This document shows positions 12,001 through 23,423 of a stretch of 64,000 nucleotides of DNA, piece by piece. The position numbers and the translations under genes were made by a program. The notes under the pieces were generated by a model. The model did not search any database, was not told the origin of the DNA, and was given only the letters and a program-made list of their open reading frames with translations. How positions within the stretch are numbered: position 1 is the stretch's first letter; each line of letters opens with the position of its first letter. This DNA is from Proteromonas lacertae (taxonomy: Eukaryota): assembly GCA_002245135.1 (NCBI GenBank), contig NGBS01000003.1, positions 124,001 through 188,000 of the forward strand. Direction: 5' to 3'.

Positions 12001-13878
12001 GTTTAAGTATAGATAATAAGACAGGTGTTATTAGTGGAACTCCAACAGAAATATGTAAATGTGAAAAAGTAAACAAGATGCAAAACAAAAAGGGAGAAGA
12101 AATTGAATATGGTACAAAAGTTGGTAGAAATGTATTAATAGCTTATAAAGAAAGAAGCAGTTATTACACATCTATTTCATTATATTTTCATATTGGAAAA
12201 CCTCCACAAATATGCAAATATGGTGAAAAGAATGAATTTATTGTTTTTAGAAGTAGAAATTTCGTGATAAATCCAACATATGATGATTGTGAATGTAATT
12301 TTTACATTGTAAATGGATCATTACCAAGTGGTATAATTATTGATGGATTAAATGGTTCAATATATGGTAGAACATATGATGCAATCAATACTTATGAAAT
12401 TACAGTAAGATGTAAAAATTCTTTTGGTTTTGTTGATGTAAAATTGAAATTAGATATTCGTATTTTTATTATTTTTCCAATTATTTGTATAGATGAATAT
12501 ATAGTAAAAGGATTAAAATATGAGAATAAATGTTATTATTTATTACAGAATGAAGTAATAGAAGAAATAAAACCATTGGCTATACCTTGTGATGGAAAAT
12601 GTGATGTGGAAAAGACAAGTATATTAATATATATAATATTCTAGAATTACCTGCTGGATTATCAATAAATGAAGAAGGAATAATCACAGGAAGTCCAACA
12701 ACTCTATGTGATAAATCTGATTTTATGATTTATTGGAATGGAGTTAGAAATACTATATTTACATCTTTAAGAATTAATGTTGGAATAAAACCAAATTTCG
12801 TATTAGAATATCAAAACAATGGAAAATTTAAATGTGGTTGTAACAAAGAATTTCATTATAGTTTATTAAATGATCAAAATGAAATAGCAAAATTGAAAGG
12901 ATATTTTACAATTGAACCAGGTATTATTTTAACTAGTATGAGAATAAATCCACAAACAGGTGAAATAAGTGGACAAGGTCATAGTGAAAATGAAGAAAAT
13001 CATTATACAATAGTATTTGACAATCATTTTGGTAAAGTTTCAACAGAAATAGAAATCACAACAGGATATCCACCAAATCCAATTTTATATTCTCAGCCAT
13101 ATTATTCATTTGATTTAAACACACCAATATCAATTACATCTCTAGAATATGGAGGAAATAACTTAATATTCTCAATCAATCCACCATTACCTGAAGGAGT
13201 GACAATTCGATCTGATTGTGGAATGATTTCAGGTAAAGCAACATCAAAACCTTACTATCAAAAGCATAAAGTAACTGTGTCAAATGATTATGGTAGTTGT
13301 GAAACTGAGTTATTGTTGTATTTTGGAAATCCTGATTATTTTGTTTATTATGATGATATAGAATATTATGAATCAATAGATAGTGATATAGTAATCAAAC
13401 CAAAAATATGTGGAAAGAAATGTAATATTGTAGTAATTCCTAGTATAATATAGAAGTGATTTTATTGTTTATAGATTTGCCAGATGGTTTAAAAATGACA
13501 GATAACTGTGAGATTGTTGGTAAAACAAAAGAAACAATGATATTAACAAAATATACAATAATTCAGAAAAATGAATGTGAATATACAACACATATATTAT
13601 TAGAAATTGGTGAAAAACCAAAGCCAGTAGTTTATGAAAAGAATGAATATGAAATTAATGTGACAGAAAGATTCTCAATCAAGCCAAAAGAGAAGAACAA
13701 AGGATGTAGATATACAGTAGAACCAGAATTTCCAGATGGAGTTCAGATTCATCCAATAAAGGGTGTAATATATGGTGAACCTATCAGTTCACTTTTAAAA
13801 ACCAATTATACAATCACTTGTACAAACAAATATGGAAGTGTTAAAACAAATATTTCATTAACAATTACTAAAAATTAA
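9006..13878 (+). CDS. Divergent protein kinase domain fused to about 12 putative-Ig (He_PIG-like) repeats
   Basis: Introns at 9042..9073, 9104..9130 and near 10539, 12459, 12619 and 13443 join four ORFs; HGDLKPSN, SPE, SDVWSLG; repeated LPxGLxI(D/N)xxTGxISG. Confidence 0.85.
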
Positions 13879-13956
13879 AACTTTATTATTATTTTTCTCT
13901 TTTTCAAAAACAACATCACAAAAACAATAACAAAAATAAAAAACAAATAATTAAAA

Positions 13957-15289
13957 TTATTTAATTGGAGTAATTAAAGTTCTTAAACTTGTTACAAATT
14001 CATTTCTATCACTCTCATTCTCAATGTCAATCACCAAATCTCTTTCACTGCTTTTAATAGTAACTCTATTCTTATTACATAATACTTTTGATATAGCATC
14101 TAATCCAATTGAACTAAACTCATTTCCACCTTTACTTTTCCACACTAATTCATTTTCACTCAACAATATAACTGTATTATGTGATTTACTAATACCTCTA
14201 CAATGCTTTCTTACATCATATCCTCTTGATAAACTAGTTCTAGCTCTTGTTCTAGCTATTTCTACAGGACTATTCTTATCAAATCCAGTATCAAATGTTC
14301 CCATACTATGTCTATGAGGAGCTGGAGCTGGTGATATTGTTTTACTGGTAGGACATTCACTATTCGTTCTACTTCTTAATTTATTATTATTATTATTATT
14401 ATTATTGCTAGAAGATGGTAGTGGTGGAGTAGATGATATAATTATTGGTTTAGTAGATGATGCCATTAGTAAAGATGATGATTTGACTGTATTATCAATA
14501 CTTATATTATTATTATTATTTTGATGTAATAATGGTTGTGATTGTTGTTGTGATTTCATTGGTGGAGATGATGATAGTTTATTTTCTGCTAATGTAAACT
14601 TCTTGAAATTATTATTATTATTATCAATAGCTGAAGTTGTACTTGTTGTTATTACTGCATTGATTTTGATTGGTCGTAGATTTTTAGGCTTTTCAATTGG
14701 TTGTTTATTATTATTGTTCATATCATTTTGTTGGTTATTTGAATTGATTGATACTCTGCTATTATTCTTCTTTTTCAATTCATCTTCTACAAATAATTCA
14801 AAATAATCACCGTAGCTGTATTTCTGGAAGGGTTTTTTAGCTATGTAGATTGGACATACTTTGCTATGTTCATTTAATTCATATTGTCTTATAAATTTGT
14901 TACAAAAACCACATTTTATATAGTCTGTTGTTATAGCATCATATTCTTGTTTTGATAGATCTTTAAACTGCTCTTGATTTGTTTCATAAAGATTTGAACA
15001 TAGTGACACATGTATATCCTTTAAATTTGCTGGTAAAGCATATGTACACTTCTGACATTGATAAAATTTTGTATTTCCTATAAACAAAAGTAAGAACATT
15101 TACAATACTGTTATTCTTTGGAGAAATTAATTCAGGTATCACATCGATTTGCTCTTCAAATAAATCTTTACCTGTAAATTCTGCTATTTTGCTGCAAGTC
15201 TGTCTATGTTCATTAACTCTTGATTCATCAACGACATAACCGCATGCTTTACATTTAAAAGTTTTCTGTAATACTAACAGATTATTCAT
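13957..15289 (-). CDS. Protein with three C2HC (TRAF/XAF-like) zinc fingers, a low-complexity linker and a C-terminal PH-like domain
   Basis: Intron 15078..15108; CKAC...H...C, CQKC...H...C, CGFC...H...C; C-terminus GYDVRKHCRG...LVWKS...RDLVIDIENESDRNEFVTSL. Confidence 0.7.
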
Positions 15290-15433
15290 ATAATGTATAC
15301 GTCTTTCAGAATGGTCGTTATTCAAACAACAACAACAAAACATTTTTGAAACTACTCTTTTTTTAATAACAACAATACAACATTTTAAATAAGACATATA
15401 TAAATAAACATGTAATTATAATTCATTCCTATC

Positions 15434-18400
15434 TTAATATAAAGATGAGGTAGGCTCAGCTCCATTTGAATTCCAATTATCACTTAAATTATTCAAATTC
15501 TCTTCACTCCAAGGATCATCACCTCCACTTTTGACTTTTTCTTCGTTTGTCTTTACACTATTGATACTAGGTAGACTAATATCTTTTTCTTGAGTTGATG
15601 AAAAATTTACTGTGTTTGATATATCTTTAGATCTAGTATCAAAATAACTAGTAGATTGATTCTTCTTCATTCTCAATTTAGGTATAACAGGACGATTTGA
15701 AGTTTTATTCTTAATATTCGATTTCTTACCTTTCTTTGTTGTTCCAGTTGTTGTTGCTGATGATGGTGGAATAATTGTTTCACCTGTATATTCATCAGCA
15801 TAAGGAGAAGATGATGAATCAATTCCCATTCCATATTCAGTTTCTAATGATGCTTTAGCAGTTTTACTATTTCTATTACTATATGGAATTACACCTTTTC
15901 CAATATCAGTAAGTGCATGATCTGCTAAATATCTCTTTCTTAACATTTCATTCTCTGCATATGCTTTTGTCAATTGTTTCTTTGAATCTTTTCTTGTCCA
16001 ATCTAATCTTTCTCTAAGATCATCGTATTTAGTATCCATTATAACCAATTGTTCTTTTAAGATTCTTACATTCTTCTGTAATTCATTCACTAATTTTTCA
16101 TTGTTTCTATATTTCTCACTAACTAATTCTGTTCTATTCTTCCAAGCTTGAGCATGAGCATTTGCTTTTCTTATATCATCTTCATTCTTTTTAATTGCAG
16201 TCTGAGAAAAATTGTATAAGTTAGTCATTCTATCTAATTGTTCTTTCATTGTTTTCTTTTCGTTATCAATATTTTCATTCACTTTAATCAATTTCTCATT
16301 CTTCTTTTGCTCATTTCTGAATTTGTTAATATAGCCATTTATTGTATTTTGGACATACGGATCATGTAATACTTCATCTCTACTCTTTTGTACTTCAATT
16401 TCTAATTCTTTAATGTGTTTTAATAAAGCATTATTAGATTCACGAAGTAAAGCTAATTCTTCATTTTCATTTCTATATGTTTGAGTAACTTCAGATTGTC
16501 TTCCATATGCAGCTTCCTCTTCTTCATTATTAGATTCTTCTTTTGTTTCACCAGTTTCATTATCTACTGATGGTGTTTCCATTTCGCTTGTCATTGTCTG
16601 TAATGGTTCTCTTGAAGTGCAATTATTCATTTGTGCATTTGAATTGTTATTTGAATCAATAATACCACTTGGTTCAGGTGAATTGGTAATAGAAGAACGA
16701 CTCTTTCTGATTGGTCTAACTCCTGATGCAGATGATGTTGTTGAATTAGCTGTTCTTGTTCTTTGAGGAGTAGCTGTTGTTGTTGTTGTTGTTGCATAGT
16801 TTCTATTAGCTGGTCCTGATTGTAGATAATCAACTGTTGTACTATGTAATGCTTTGATTTCTAAATTGATTCTTATTAATTCACATAAGTTAATTTCATC
16901 ACTCTTTGTGTTGTTATTTACTGTTGCTGTTGTTGTGTTTTTAACTAACATTGCTTTACCTTGAACATATTCATTATACAATAAATCATATGATTCTTTT
17001 AAATTTCTATATTTAGTGTCTTGTCTTTTGGATATTTCACAGATTTTGTCACATAAATCTTTTGTTGATTTATCTTTGAATTCATCATACATTTCAATCT
17101 TTTGTTCTAATTGCTGTATTTTGAATTTCAAATCTTCAATTCTTTTAATCTTTTGTTCTTGTAAGGTAGGAGCATCTTCTAGTTTTGATTGTAAATCATT
17201 GATCTTTTCATTTGCTTCATTTAATTCAACATTCTTCACTTCCATTTCTTGCTTTAATGAACTTATTTCTTGTTCTAATATATTAATTCTATTATTATAT
17301 TCTTTGTTCATATCTTTTGAACATCTCAAATCAGCATCTAATCTTCTATTCTCTTCTTCAGAAGCATTTAATCTGTTTATTAAATCATTAATTTCTTCCT
17401 GCAATCTTTTATATTCTTCACTATTAATATTAATAACTGAACCATCAGTTGATCTCGGAGAATTCTTTCTGACAATTTCAAATATTGATTCTCTCTTTAT
17501 TGGAATAACTTCGCCATTCTGTATAAATTGAGATTCACCATATTCTTTATTAATTGTATCAGTTGTAAATGGTCTTTCAGCTTCGCCAACGAATGAATTC
17601 TCTTCAACAAAACTTTCTCCTTCTCCATTCATTTGTTCAAATCTTCCAGTATGCTGTAATTCAGATAATGTACTACAAGGTCTTGCTAAATCTTCAACAT
17701 CATATAATTCAAGTTCACTTCCCCTTTCATCATGTGCTGTATATTCTTCCATTCTTCCAGTGTGTTGTCTTTCACTATGTTCAGTGTAAGGTCTTTCCCC
17801 TTCATCTACAAATGAATTCTCTTCTATATAACTTTCACCTTCACCATTTATAGTTTCCATTCTTCCTGTATTTTGCTTCTCAGAATCAGCTGTGTATGGT
17901 CTTGCTAATTCTTCAACATTATGCAATTGTACTTCACTTTCACCTTCTTCTAATTTATTGATTTCATCCATTCTTCCAGTATCTTGTCTTTCTGATCCTG
18001 CTGTATATGGTCTAGCAAGTTCTTCAACATTATGATATTCAATTTCACTCTCACCTTCACCATTTATTGTCTCTATTCTTCCAGTGTTTTGTTTCTCAGA
18101 ACCAGCTGTATAAGGTCTTTCAGCTTCTTCTAAACGACTCTTTTCTATTGAACTTATATTTTCAATTTGAATTAATCTTCCAGTATTCTCTTTTTCAGAA
18201 CTAGCTGAATAAGATCTAGCAGCTTCATCAACATTATTAATCTCTAATGCACTGACGTTCTTAACTTGTTCTACTCTTCCAGTATGTTGTTTTTCTGAAG
18301 AAGCAGTATAAGGTCTTGTTCCAGATTTAACAACTTCATTTTCTTCAACTTCACTTTCATTTGCATCACCTGGATCATTGGGTGGTAGAAGTCCACTTTC

Positions 18401-21400
18401 CTTTAACATTCTTCTTTGCTCTCTAGCAATTTCTCGTGGATTAACATCAGGTGTAAAACATGGCTTTTCTGTATTATATTCTCTACTAGATTCTAATTTT
18501 TCATTTGTTTCAACTTCAGAAGATGAATAGGGTGGATTTAAAATGAATTCACTTTCGTATTTTTCTGGGATGTTATAAGTTGGATGTGTTGGTGGTTTAA
18601 CTGCTACTGGTTCTTCTGGTTTAACTTCTTCTTCTGGTTTAACTTCTACTGGTTTAACTTCTTCTGGTTTTACTTCTTCTGTTTTTACTTCTTCTTCTGG
18701 TTTTACTTCTTCTGTTTTTACTTCTTCTTCTGGTTTTACTTCTTCTTCTGGTTTTACTTCTTCTTCTGGTTTTACTTCTTCTGGCTTTGCTTCTTCTTCT
18801 GGTTTAACTTCTTCTTCTGGTTTAACTTCTACTGGTTTAACTTCATCTTGTTTTGTTTCTTCTGTTTTTACTTCTTCTTCTGGTTTTACTTCTTCTTCTG
18901 GTTTTACTTCTTCTGGCTTTGCTTCTTCTTCTGGTTTTACTTCTTCTTCTGTTTTTACTTCTTCTTCTGGTTTTACTTCTTCTTCTGGTTTTACTTCTTC
19001 TTCTGGTTTTACTTCTTCTGGCTTTGCTTCTTCTTCTGGTTTAACTTCTTCTTCTGGTTTAACTTCTACTGGTTTAACTTCATCTTGTTTTGTTTCTTCT
19101 GTTTTTACTTCTTCTTCTGGTTTTACTTCTTCTTCTGGTTTTACTTCTTCTGGCTTTGCTTCTTCTTCTGGTTTTACTTCTTCTTCTGTTTTTACTTCTT
19201 CTTCTGGTTTTACTTCTTCTTCTGGTTTTACTTCTTCTGTTTTTACTTCTTCTTCTGGTTTTACTTCTTCTGTTTTTACTTCTTCTACTGGTTTTACTTC
19301 ATCTTGTTTTGCTTCTTCTTCTGGTTTAATTTCTTCTATTTCAGATTCTTCTGGTTTTTGATCTATTTGTTTTGCTTCTTCTGGATGAAGAGGAGTATGT
19401 GATAATCTACTAGGATATAGTTCATCTGTCTTGACTTCTTCTATTATATTTCCTCCTTGTTTTGTTTCTTCTTCTTGTTTAACTTCTTCTTCAGGTTTAT
19501 CTTCCTCAAATTCATCTTTACTTGGTTGTTCTTCAGGTTTTGATTCTTCAAATTCATCTTTACTTGGTTGTTCTTCTGGTTTTGATTCTTCAAATTCATC
19601 TTTACTTGGTTGTTCTTCTGGTTTTGATTCTTCAAATTCATCTTTTTCTACTGGTTTTTCTTCAGTCTTTTCTTCAGGTTTATCTTCTTCAAATTCATCT
19701 TTACTTGGTTGTTCTTCAGGTTTTGATTCTTCAAATTCATCTTTACTTGGTTGTTCTTCTGGTTTTGATTCTTCAAATTCATCTTTACTTGGTTGTTCTT
19801 CAGGTTTTGATTCTTCAAATTCATCTTTACTTGGTTGTTCTTCTGGTTTTGATTCTTCAAATTCATCTTTACTTGGTTGTTCTTCAGGTTTTGATTCTTC
19901 AAATTCATCTTTACTTGGTTGTTCTTCAGGTTTTGATTCTTCAAATTCATCTTTACTTGGTTGTTCTTCAGGTTTATCTTCTTCAAATTCATCTTTACTT
20001 GGTTGTTCTTCAGGTTTATCTTCTTCAAATTCATCTTTACTTGGTTGTTCTTCAGGTTTATCTTCTTCAAATTCATCTTTACTTGGTTGTTCTTCAGGTT
20101 TTGATTCTTCAAATTCATCTTTACTTGGTTGTTCTTCTGGTTTTGATTCTTCAAATTCATCTTTACTTGGTTGTTCTTCAGGTTTTGATTCTTCAAATTC
20201 ATCTTTACTTGGTTGTTCTTCAGGTTTTGATTCTTCAAATTCATCTTTACTTGGTTGTTCTTCAGGTTTTGATTCTTCAAATTCATCTTTACTTGGTTGT
20301 TCTTCTGGTTTTGATTCTTCAAATTCATCTTTTTCTACTGGTTTTTCTTCAGTCTTTTCTTCAGGTTTATCTTCTTCAAATTCATCTTTACTTGGTTGTT
20401 CTTCAGGTTTTGATTCTTCAAATTCATCTTTACTTGGTTGTTCTTCAGGTTTTGATTCTTCAAATTCATCTTTACTTGGTTGTTCTTCAGGTTTATCTTC
20501 TTCAAATTCATCTTTACTTGGTTGTTCTTCTGGTTTTGATTCTTCAAATTCATCTTTACTTGGTTGTTCTTCAGGTTTTGATTCTTCAAATTCATCTTTA
20601 CTTGGTTGTTCTTCAGGTTTTGATTCTTCAAATTCATCTTTACTTGGTTGTTCTTCTGGTTTTGATTCTTCAAATTCATCTTTACTTAGTTGTTCTTCAG
20701 GTTTTGATTCTTCAAATTCATCTTTACTTGGTTGTTCTTCTGGTTTTGATTCTTCAAATTCATCTTTACTTGGTTGTTCTTCAGGTTTTGATTCTTCAAA
20801 TTCATCTTTACTTAGTTGTTCTTCTGGTTTTGATTCTTCAAATTCATCTTTACTTAGTTGTTCTTCAGGTTTTGATTCTTCAAATTCATCTTTACTTGGT
20901 TGTTCTTCAGGTTTATCTTCTTCAAATTCATCTTTACTTGGTTGTTCTTCTGGTTTTGATTCTTCAAATTCATCTTTACTTGGTTGTTCTTCAGGCTTTG
21001 ATTCTTCAAATTCATCTTTTTCTACTGGTTGTTCTTCTGGCTTTTCTTCTGGTTTATCTTCTTCAAATTCATCTTTACTTGGTTGTTCTTCTGGCTTTAC
21101 TTCTTCTGGTTTTACTTCATCTTCTGGTTTAATTTCTTCTATTTCAGATTCTTCTGGTTTTTGATCTATTTGTTTTGCTTCTTCTGGATGAAGAGGAGTA
21201 TGTGATAATCTACTAGGATATAGTTCATCTGTCTTGACTTCTTCTATTATATTTCCTCCTTGTTTTGTTTCTTCTGTTTTTACTTCTTCTGGCTTTGCTT
21301 CTTCTTCTGGTTTTGTTTCTTCTTCTGGTTTAACTTCTTCTGTTTTTACTTCTTCTTCTGGTTTTACTTCTTCTACTGGTTTTACTTCTTCTTCTGGTTT

Positions 21401-22330
21401 TACTTCTTCTGTTTTTACTTCTTCTTCTGGTTTTACTTCTTCTGTTTTTACTTCTTCTACTGGTTTTACTTCATCTTGTTTTGCTTCTTCTTCTGGTTTA
21501 ATTTCTTCTATTTCAGATTCTTCTGGTTTTTGATCTATTTGTTTTGCTTCTTCTGGATGAAGAGGAGTATGTGATAATCTACTAGGATATAGTTCATCTG
21601 TCTTGACTTCTTCTATTATATTTCCTCCTTGTTTTGTTTCTTCTGTTTTTACTTCTTCTGGCTTTGCTTCTTCTTCTGGTTTTGTTTCTTCTTCTGGTTT
21701 AACTTCTTCTGTTTTTACTTCTTCTTCTGGTTTTACTTCTTCTACTGGTTTTACTTCTTCTTCTGGTTTTACTTCTTCTTCTGGTTTTACTTCTTCTGTT
21801 TTTACTTCTTCTACTGGTTTTACTTCATCTTGTTTTGCTTCTTCTTCTGGTTTAATTTCTTCTATTTCAGATTCTTCTGGTTTTTGATCTATTTGTTTTG
21901 CTTCTTCTGGATGAAGAGGAGTATGTGATAATCTACTAGGATATAGTTCATCTGTCTTGACTTCTTCTATTATATTTCCTCCTTGTTTTGTTTCTTCTTC
22001 TTGTTTAACTTCTTCTTCTTGTTTAACTTCTTCAAGTTTAGGTTCATCTTGTTCTTCTTCTTCAGGTTTTGAAGTTGTTTCAGGAATAGGCTCTGGAGGC
22101 ACAACCTGTTCTATTGGAATTAATTTAGATTTTTCATATGATTTTTGAGCATTAATTATCTCATCAGGAGATGGTTCTGTGTTTAAAGAAAAAAGTTCAA
22201 CCGATGGCTGATCATAAACATTCAGTATTGGAAACCCATCCTCATCTTTATTTAAAACACTTTTATCACCATACAGTGCAGATCTCTGTTCATCGAATAA
22301 ATCTGTGGGTTTTTCTTGTTCTTGTGACAT
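15434..22330 (-). CDS. 2298-aa acidic repeat protein with a C-terminal coiled coil
   Basis: Uninterrupted ORF; EEVKP-type and SKPEEQPSKDEFEE repeats, RPYTA...TGR repeats, coiled-coil-like C-terminal third. Confidence 0.85.
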   Translation of the reverse strand: MSQEQEKPTDLFDEQRSALYGDKSVLNKDEDGFPILNVYDQPSVELFSLNTEPSPDEIINAQKSYEKSKLIPIEQVVPPEPIPETTSKPEEEEQDEPKLEEVKQEEEVKQEEETKQGGNIIEEVKTDELYPSRLSHTPLHPEEAKQIDQKPEESEIEEIKPEEEAKQDEVKPVEEVKTEEVKPEEEVKPEEEVKPVEEVKPEEEVKTEEVKPEEETKPEEEAKPEEVKTEETKQGGNIIEEVKTDELYPSRLSHTPLHPEEAKQIDQKPEESEIEEIKPEEEAKQDEVKPVEEVKTEEVKPEEEVKTEEVKPEEEVKPVEEVKPEEEVKTEEVKPEEETKPEEEAKPEEVKTEETKQGGNIIEEVKTDELYPSRLSHTPLHPEEAKQIDQKPEESEIEEIKPEDEVKPEEVKPEEQPSKDEFEEDKPEEKPEEQPVEKDEFEESKPEEQPSKDEFEESKPEEQPSKDEFEEDKPEEQPSKDEFEESKPEEQLSKDEFEESKPEEQLSKDEFEESKPEEQPSKDEFEESKPEEQPSKDEFEESKPEEQLSKDEFEESKPEEQPSKDEFEESKPEEQPSKDEFEESKPEEQPSKDEFEESKPEEQPSKDEFEEDKPEEQPSKDEFEESKPEEQPSKDEFEESKPEEQPSKDEFEEDKPEEKTEEKPVEKDEFEESKPEEQPSKDEFEESKPEEQPSKDEFEESKPEEQPSKDEFEESKPEEQPSKDEFEESKPEEQPSKDEFEESKPEEQPSKDEFEEDKPEEQPSKDEFEEDKPEEQPSKDEFEEDKPEEQPSKDEFEESKPEEQPSKDEFEESKPEEQPSKDEFEESKPEEQPSKDEFEESKPEEQPSKDEFEESKPEEQPSKDEFEESKPEEQPSKDEFEEDKPEEKTEEKPVEKDEFEESKPEEQPSKDEFEESKPEEQPSKDEFEESKPEEQPSKDEFEEDKPEEEVKQEEETKQGGNIIEEVKTDELYPSRLSHTPLHPEEAKQIDQKPEESEIEEIKPEEEAKQDEVKPVEEVKTEEVKPEEEVKTEEVKPEEEVKPEEEVKTEEEVKPEEEAKPEEVKPEEEVKPEEEVKTEETKQDEVKPVEVKPEEEVKPEEEAKPEEVKPEEEVKPEEEVKPEEEVKTEEEVKPEEEAKPEEVKPEEEVKPEEEVKTEETKQDEVKPVEVKPEEEVKPEEEAKPEEVKPEEEVKPEEEVKPEEEVKTEEVKPEEEVKTEEVKPEEVKPVEVKPEEEVKPEEPVAVKPPTHPTYNIPEKYESEFILNPPYSSSEVETNEKLESSREYNTEKPCFTPDVNPREIAREQRRMLKESGLLPPNDPGDANESEVEENEVVKSGTRPYTASSEKQHTGRVEQVKNVSALEINNVDEAARSYSASSEKENTGRLIQIENISSIEKSRLEEAERPYTAGSEKQNTGRIETINGEGESEIEYHNVEELARPYTAGSERQDTGRMDEINKLEEGESEVQLHNVEELARPYTADSEKQNTGRMETINGEGESYIEENSFVDEGERPYTEHSERQHTGRMEEYTAHDERGSELELYDVEDLARPCSTLSELQHTGRFEQMNGEGESFVEENSFVGEAERPFTTDTINKEYGESQFIQNGEVIPIKRESIFEIVRKNSPRSTDGSVININSEEYKRLQEEINDLINRLNASEEENRRLDADLRCSKDMNKEYNNRINILEQEISSLKQEMEVKNVELNEANEKINDLQSKLEDAPTLQEQKIKRIEDLKFKIQQLEQKIEMYDEFKDKSTKDLCDKICEISKRQDTKYRNLKESYDLLYNEYVQGKAMLVKNTTTATVNNNTKSDEINLCELIRINLEIKALHSTTVDYLQSGPANRNYATTTTTTATPQRTRTANSTTSSASGVRPIRKSRSSITNSPEPSGIIDSNNNSNAQMNNCTSREPLQTMTSEMETPSVDNETGETKEESNNEEEEAAYGRQSEVTQTYRNENEELALLRESNNALLKHIKELEIEVQKSRDEVLHDPYVQNTINGYINKFRNEQKKNEKLIKVNENIDNEKKTMKEQLDRMTNLYNFSQTAIKKNEDDIRKANAHAQAWKNRTELVSEKYRNNEKLVNELQKNVRILKEQLVIMDTKYDDLRERLDWTRKDSKKQLTKAYAENEMLRKRYLADHALTDIGKGVIPYSNRNSKTAKASLETEYGMGIDSSSSPYADEYTGETIIPPSSATTTGTTKKGKKSNIKNKTSNRPVIPKLRMKKNQSTSYFDTRSKDISNTVNFSSTQEKDISLPSINSVKTNEEKVKSGGDDPWSEENLNNLSDNWNSNGAEPTSSLY
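17560..18320 (-). repeat. About 8 diverged 32-40 aa repeats with core RPY(T/S)AxSE(K/R)QxTGR
   Basis: Read directly in the translation of the 2298-aa ORF. Confidence 0.85.
18595..19330 (-). repeat. 15/18-bp coding minisatellite (EEVKP/EEEVKP/EEVKT) with an internal 237-bp duplication
   Basis: ttcttctggttttac units; identical blocks near 18844 and 19081. Confidence 0.9.
19490..21100 (-). repeat. 42-bp tandem array (about 38 copies) encoding SKPEEQPSKDEFEE
   Basis: Unit ttcttcaggttttgattcttcaaattcatctttacttggttg; the EKTEEKPVEK variant recurs 687 bp apart (19641, 20328). Confidence 0.95.
21110..22000 (-). repeat. Module QGGNIIEEVKTDELYPSRLSHTPLHPEEAKQIDQKPEESEIEEIKPE in three tandem copies about 354-369 bp apart; a fourth copy lies at about 19320..19470
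   Basis: ggatgaagaggagtatgtgataatctactagg near 19383, 21187, 21555 and 21909. Confidence 0.92.
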
Positions 22331-22490
22331 TTAAAATAATATAGAATATAAAGATATGTAGTTATATAAATAGATATTGAGAAAAAAACAATCAGTTTAA
22401 ACAAAAAACGAACTAAATTGGTTCGAGGCTTGATTTCTTGAGGCTAAAATAAGAAGAGATGCCTAATTAACATCTTCACAAAAGAAATAA

Positions 22491-23318
22491 ATGTCAGAAC
22501 CACCAAATAAAAAGACTAAATTGAATTCACAAGAGGGTATATATTGTCTATGTCATACCTAGAAGGCCAAGAGGTTGATAAAGAAGTACAAAAAGCTTTA
22601 GAAGATGTTGATACTGTTCAAGTAATCATTATTTTCCTTTATAGTATATAGGAAGAAATAGAAAAACTCAATGAACAAGAACAAAAAGAAATAAACGAAA
22701 TTAGCAAAAAATACGTCAATTTAAGAGCTCCACATTACCAAAAAAGAGATAAAATAATTCAATCTATTCCTGGATTCTATTGTGAGGTTTTTCAAAATCA
22801 TAGTGACCTTGGTGATTTAATGCAAGAAAGTGACATAGAAGTTATGGAATATTGTAGTCATATTGATATAGAAGTATAATTTATATATAATATTTATCAA
22901 AAATAACTAGGAAGATAATGATACCTCTAGCTTTAAACTAATTTTCCATTTCAAAGAAAACCCATTTTTCACTGACAAGGAATTAGTGAAAATGGTTCAA
23001 TATGATCCACTTCGTAGTGTAACAGCAGTTGATATACATTGGCATAAAGGTAAAATACCAAAATGTATTACTGAAAAGAGTATATATATTTTTAATTTTT
23101 AATTTATTTTGGTTTATATTATAGAAGCAGAAAATGAAGCTACATCCTCCTTTTTATTGTGGTTAACAAAAGATAGTGATGATGAAGAAATAGCTGATAC
23201 TATAAAGACTGAAATCTATGCTCATCCTTTAGAATTTTATATGGATGTAGATGAAGACGATGAAGATGAAGAAGACGAAGAAGATGATGATGCTGGAGAT
23301 GATGAAGATAAAGAATAG
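22491..23318 (+). CDS. NAP/SET family histone chaperone
   Basis: Four introns; motifs PHYQKRDKIIQSIPGFY, FKLIFHFKENPFF, IHWHKGK, SFLLW, EIADTIKTEIYAHPLEFY; acidic tail. Confidence 0.9.
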
Positions 23319-23423
23319 TGTTTTAGTGTTTCTATTCGTATTATTGAAATTTAATTGTTTGTTTTGTAATGAATTGTAAATCTATTGTCATAATTACATG
23401 AATTTACCATTTTTTCTTTTATT

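Noticed and set aside
15290..15397. N-terminal extension of ORF 14984..15397 (MSYLKCC...)
   Set aside because: It overlaps the TG-rich 3' flank of the upstream giant gene; the ATG at 15289 is more plausible
19490..21100. Regular 42-bp array as a CRISPR array
   Set aside because: No unique spacers; it is an in-frame coding repeat in eukaryotic DNA
18584..22148. Long plus-strand and alternative-frame ORFs (poly-F/W, poly-L, SSNSSLLGC, MNLKNQN)
   Set aside because: These are shadows of the coding repeats in the 2298-aa minus-strand gene
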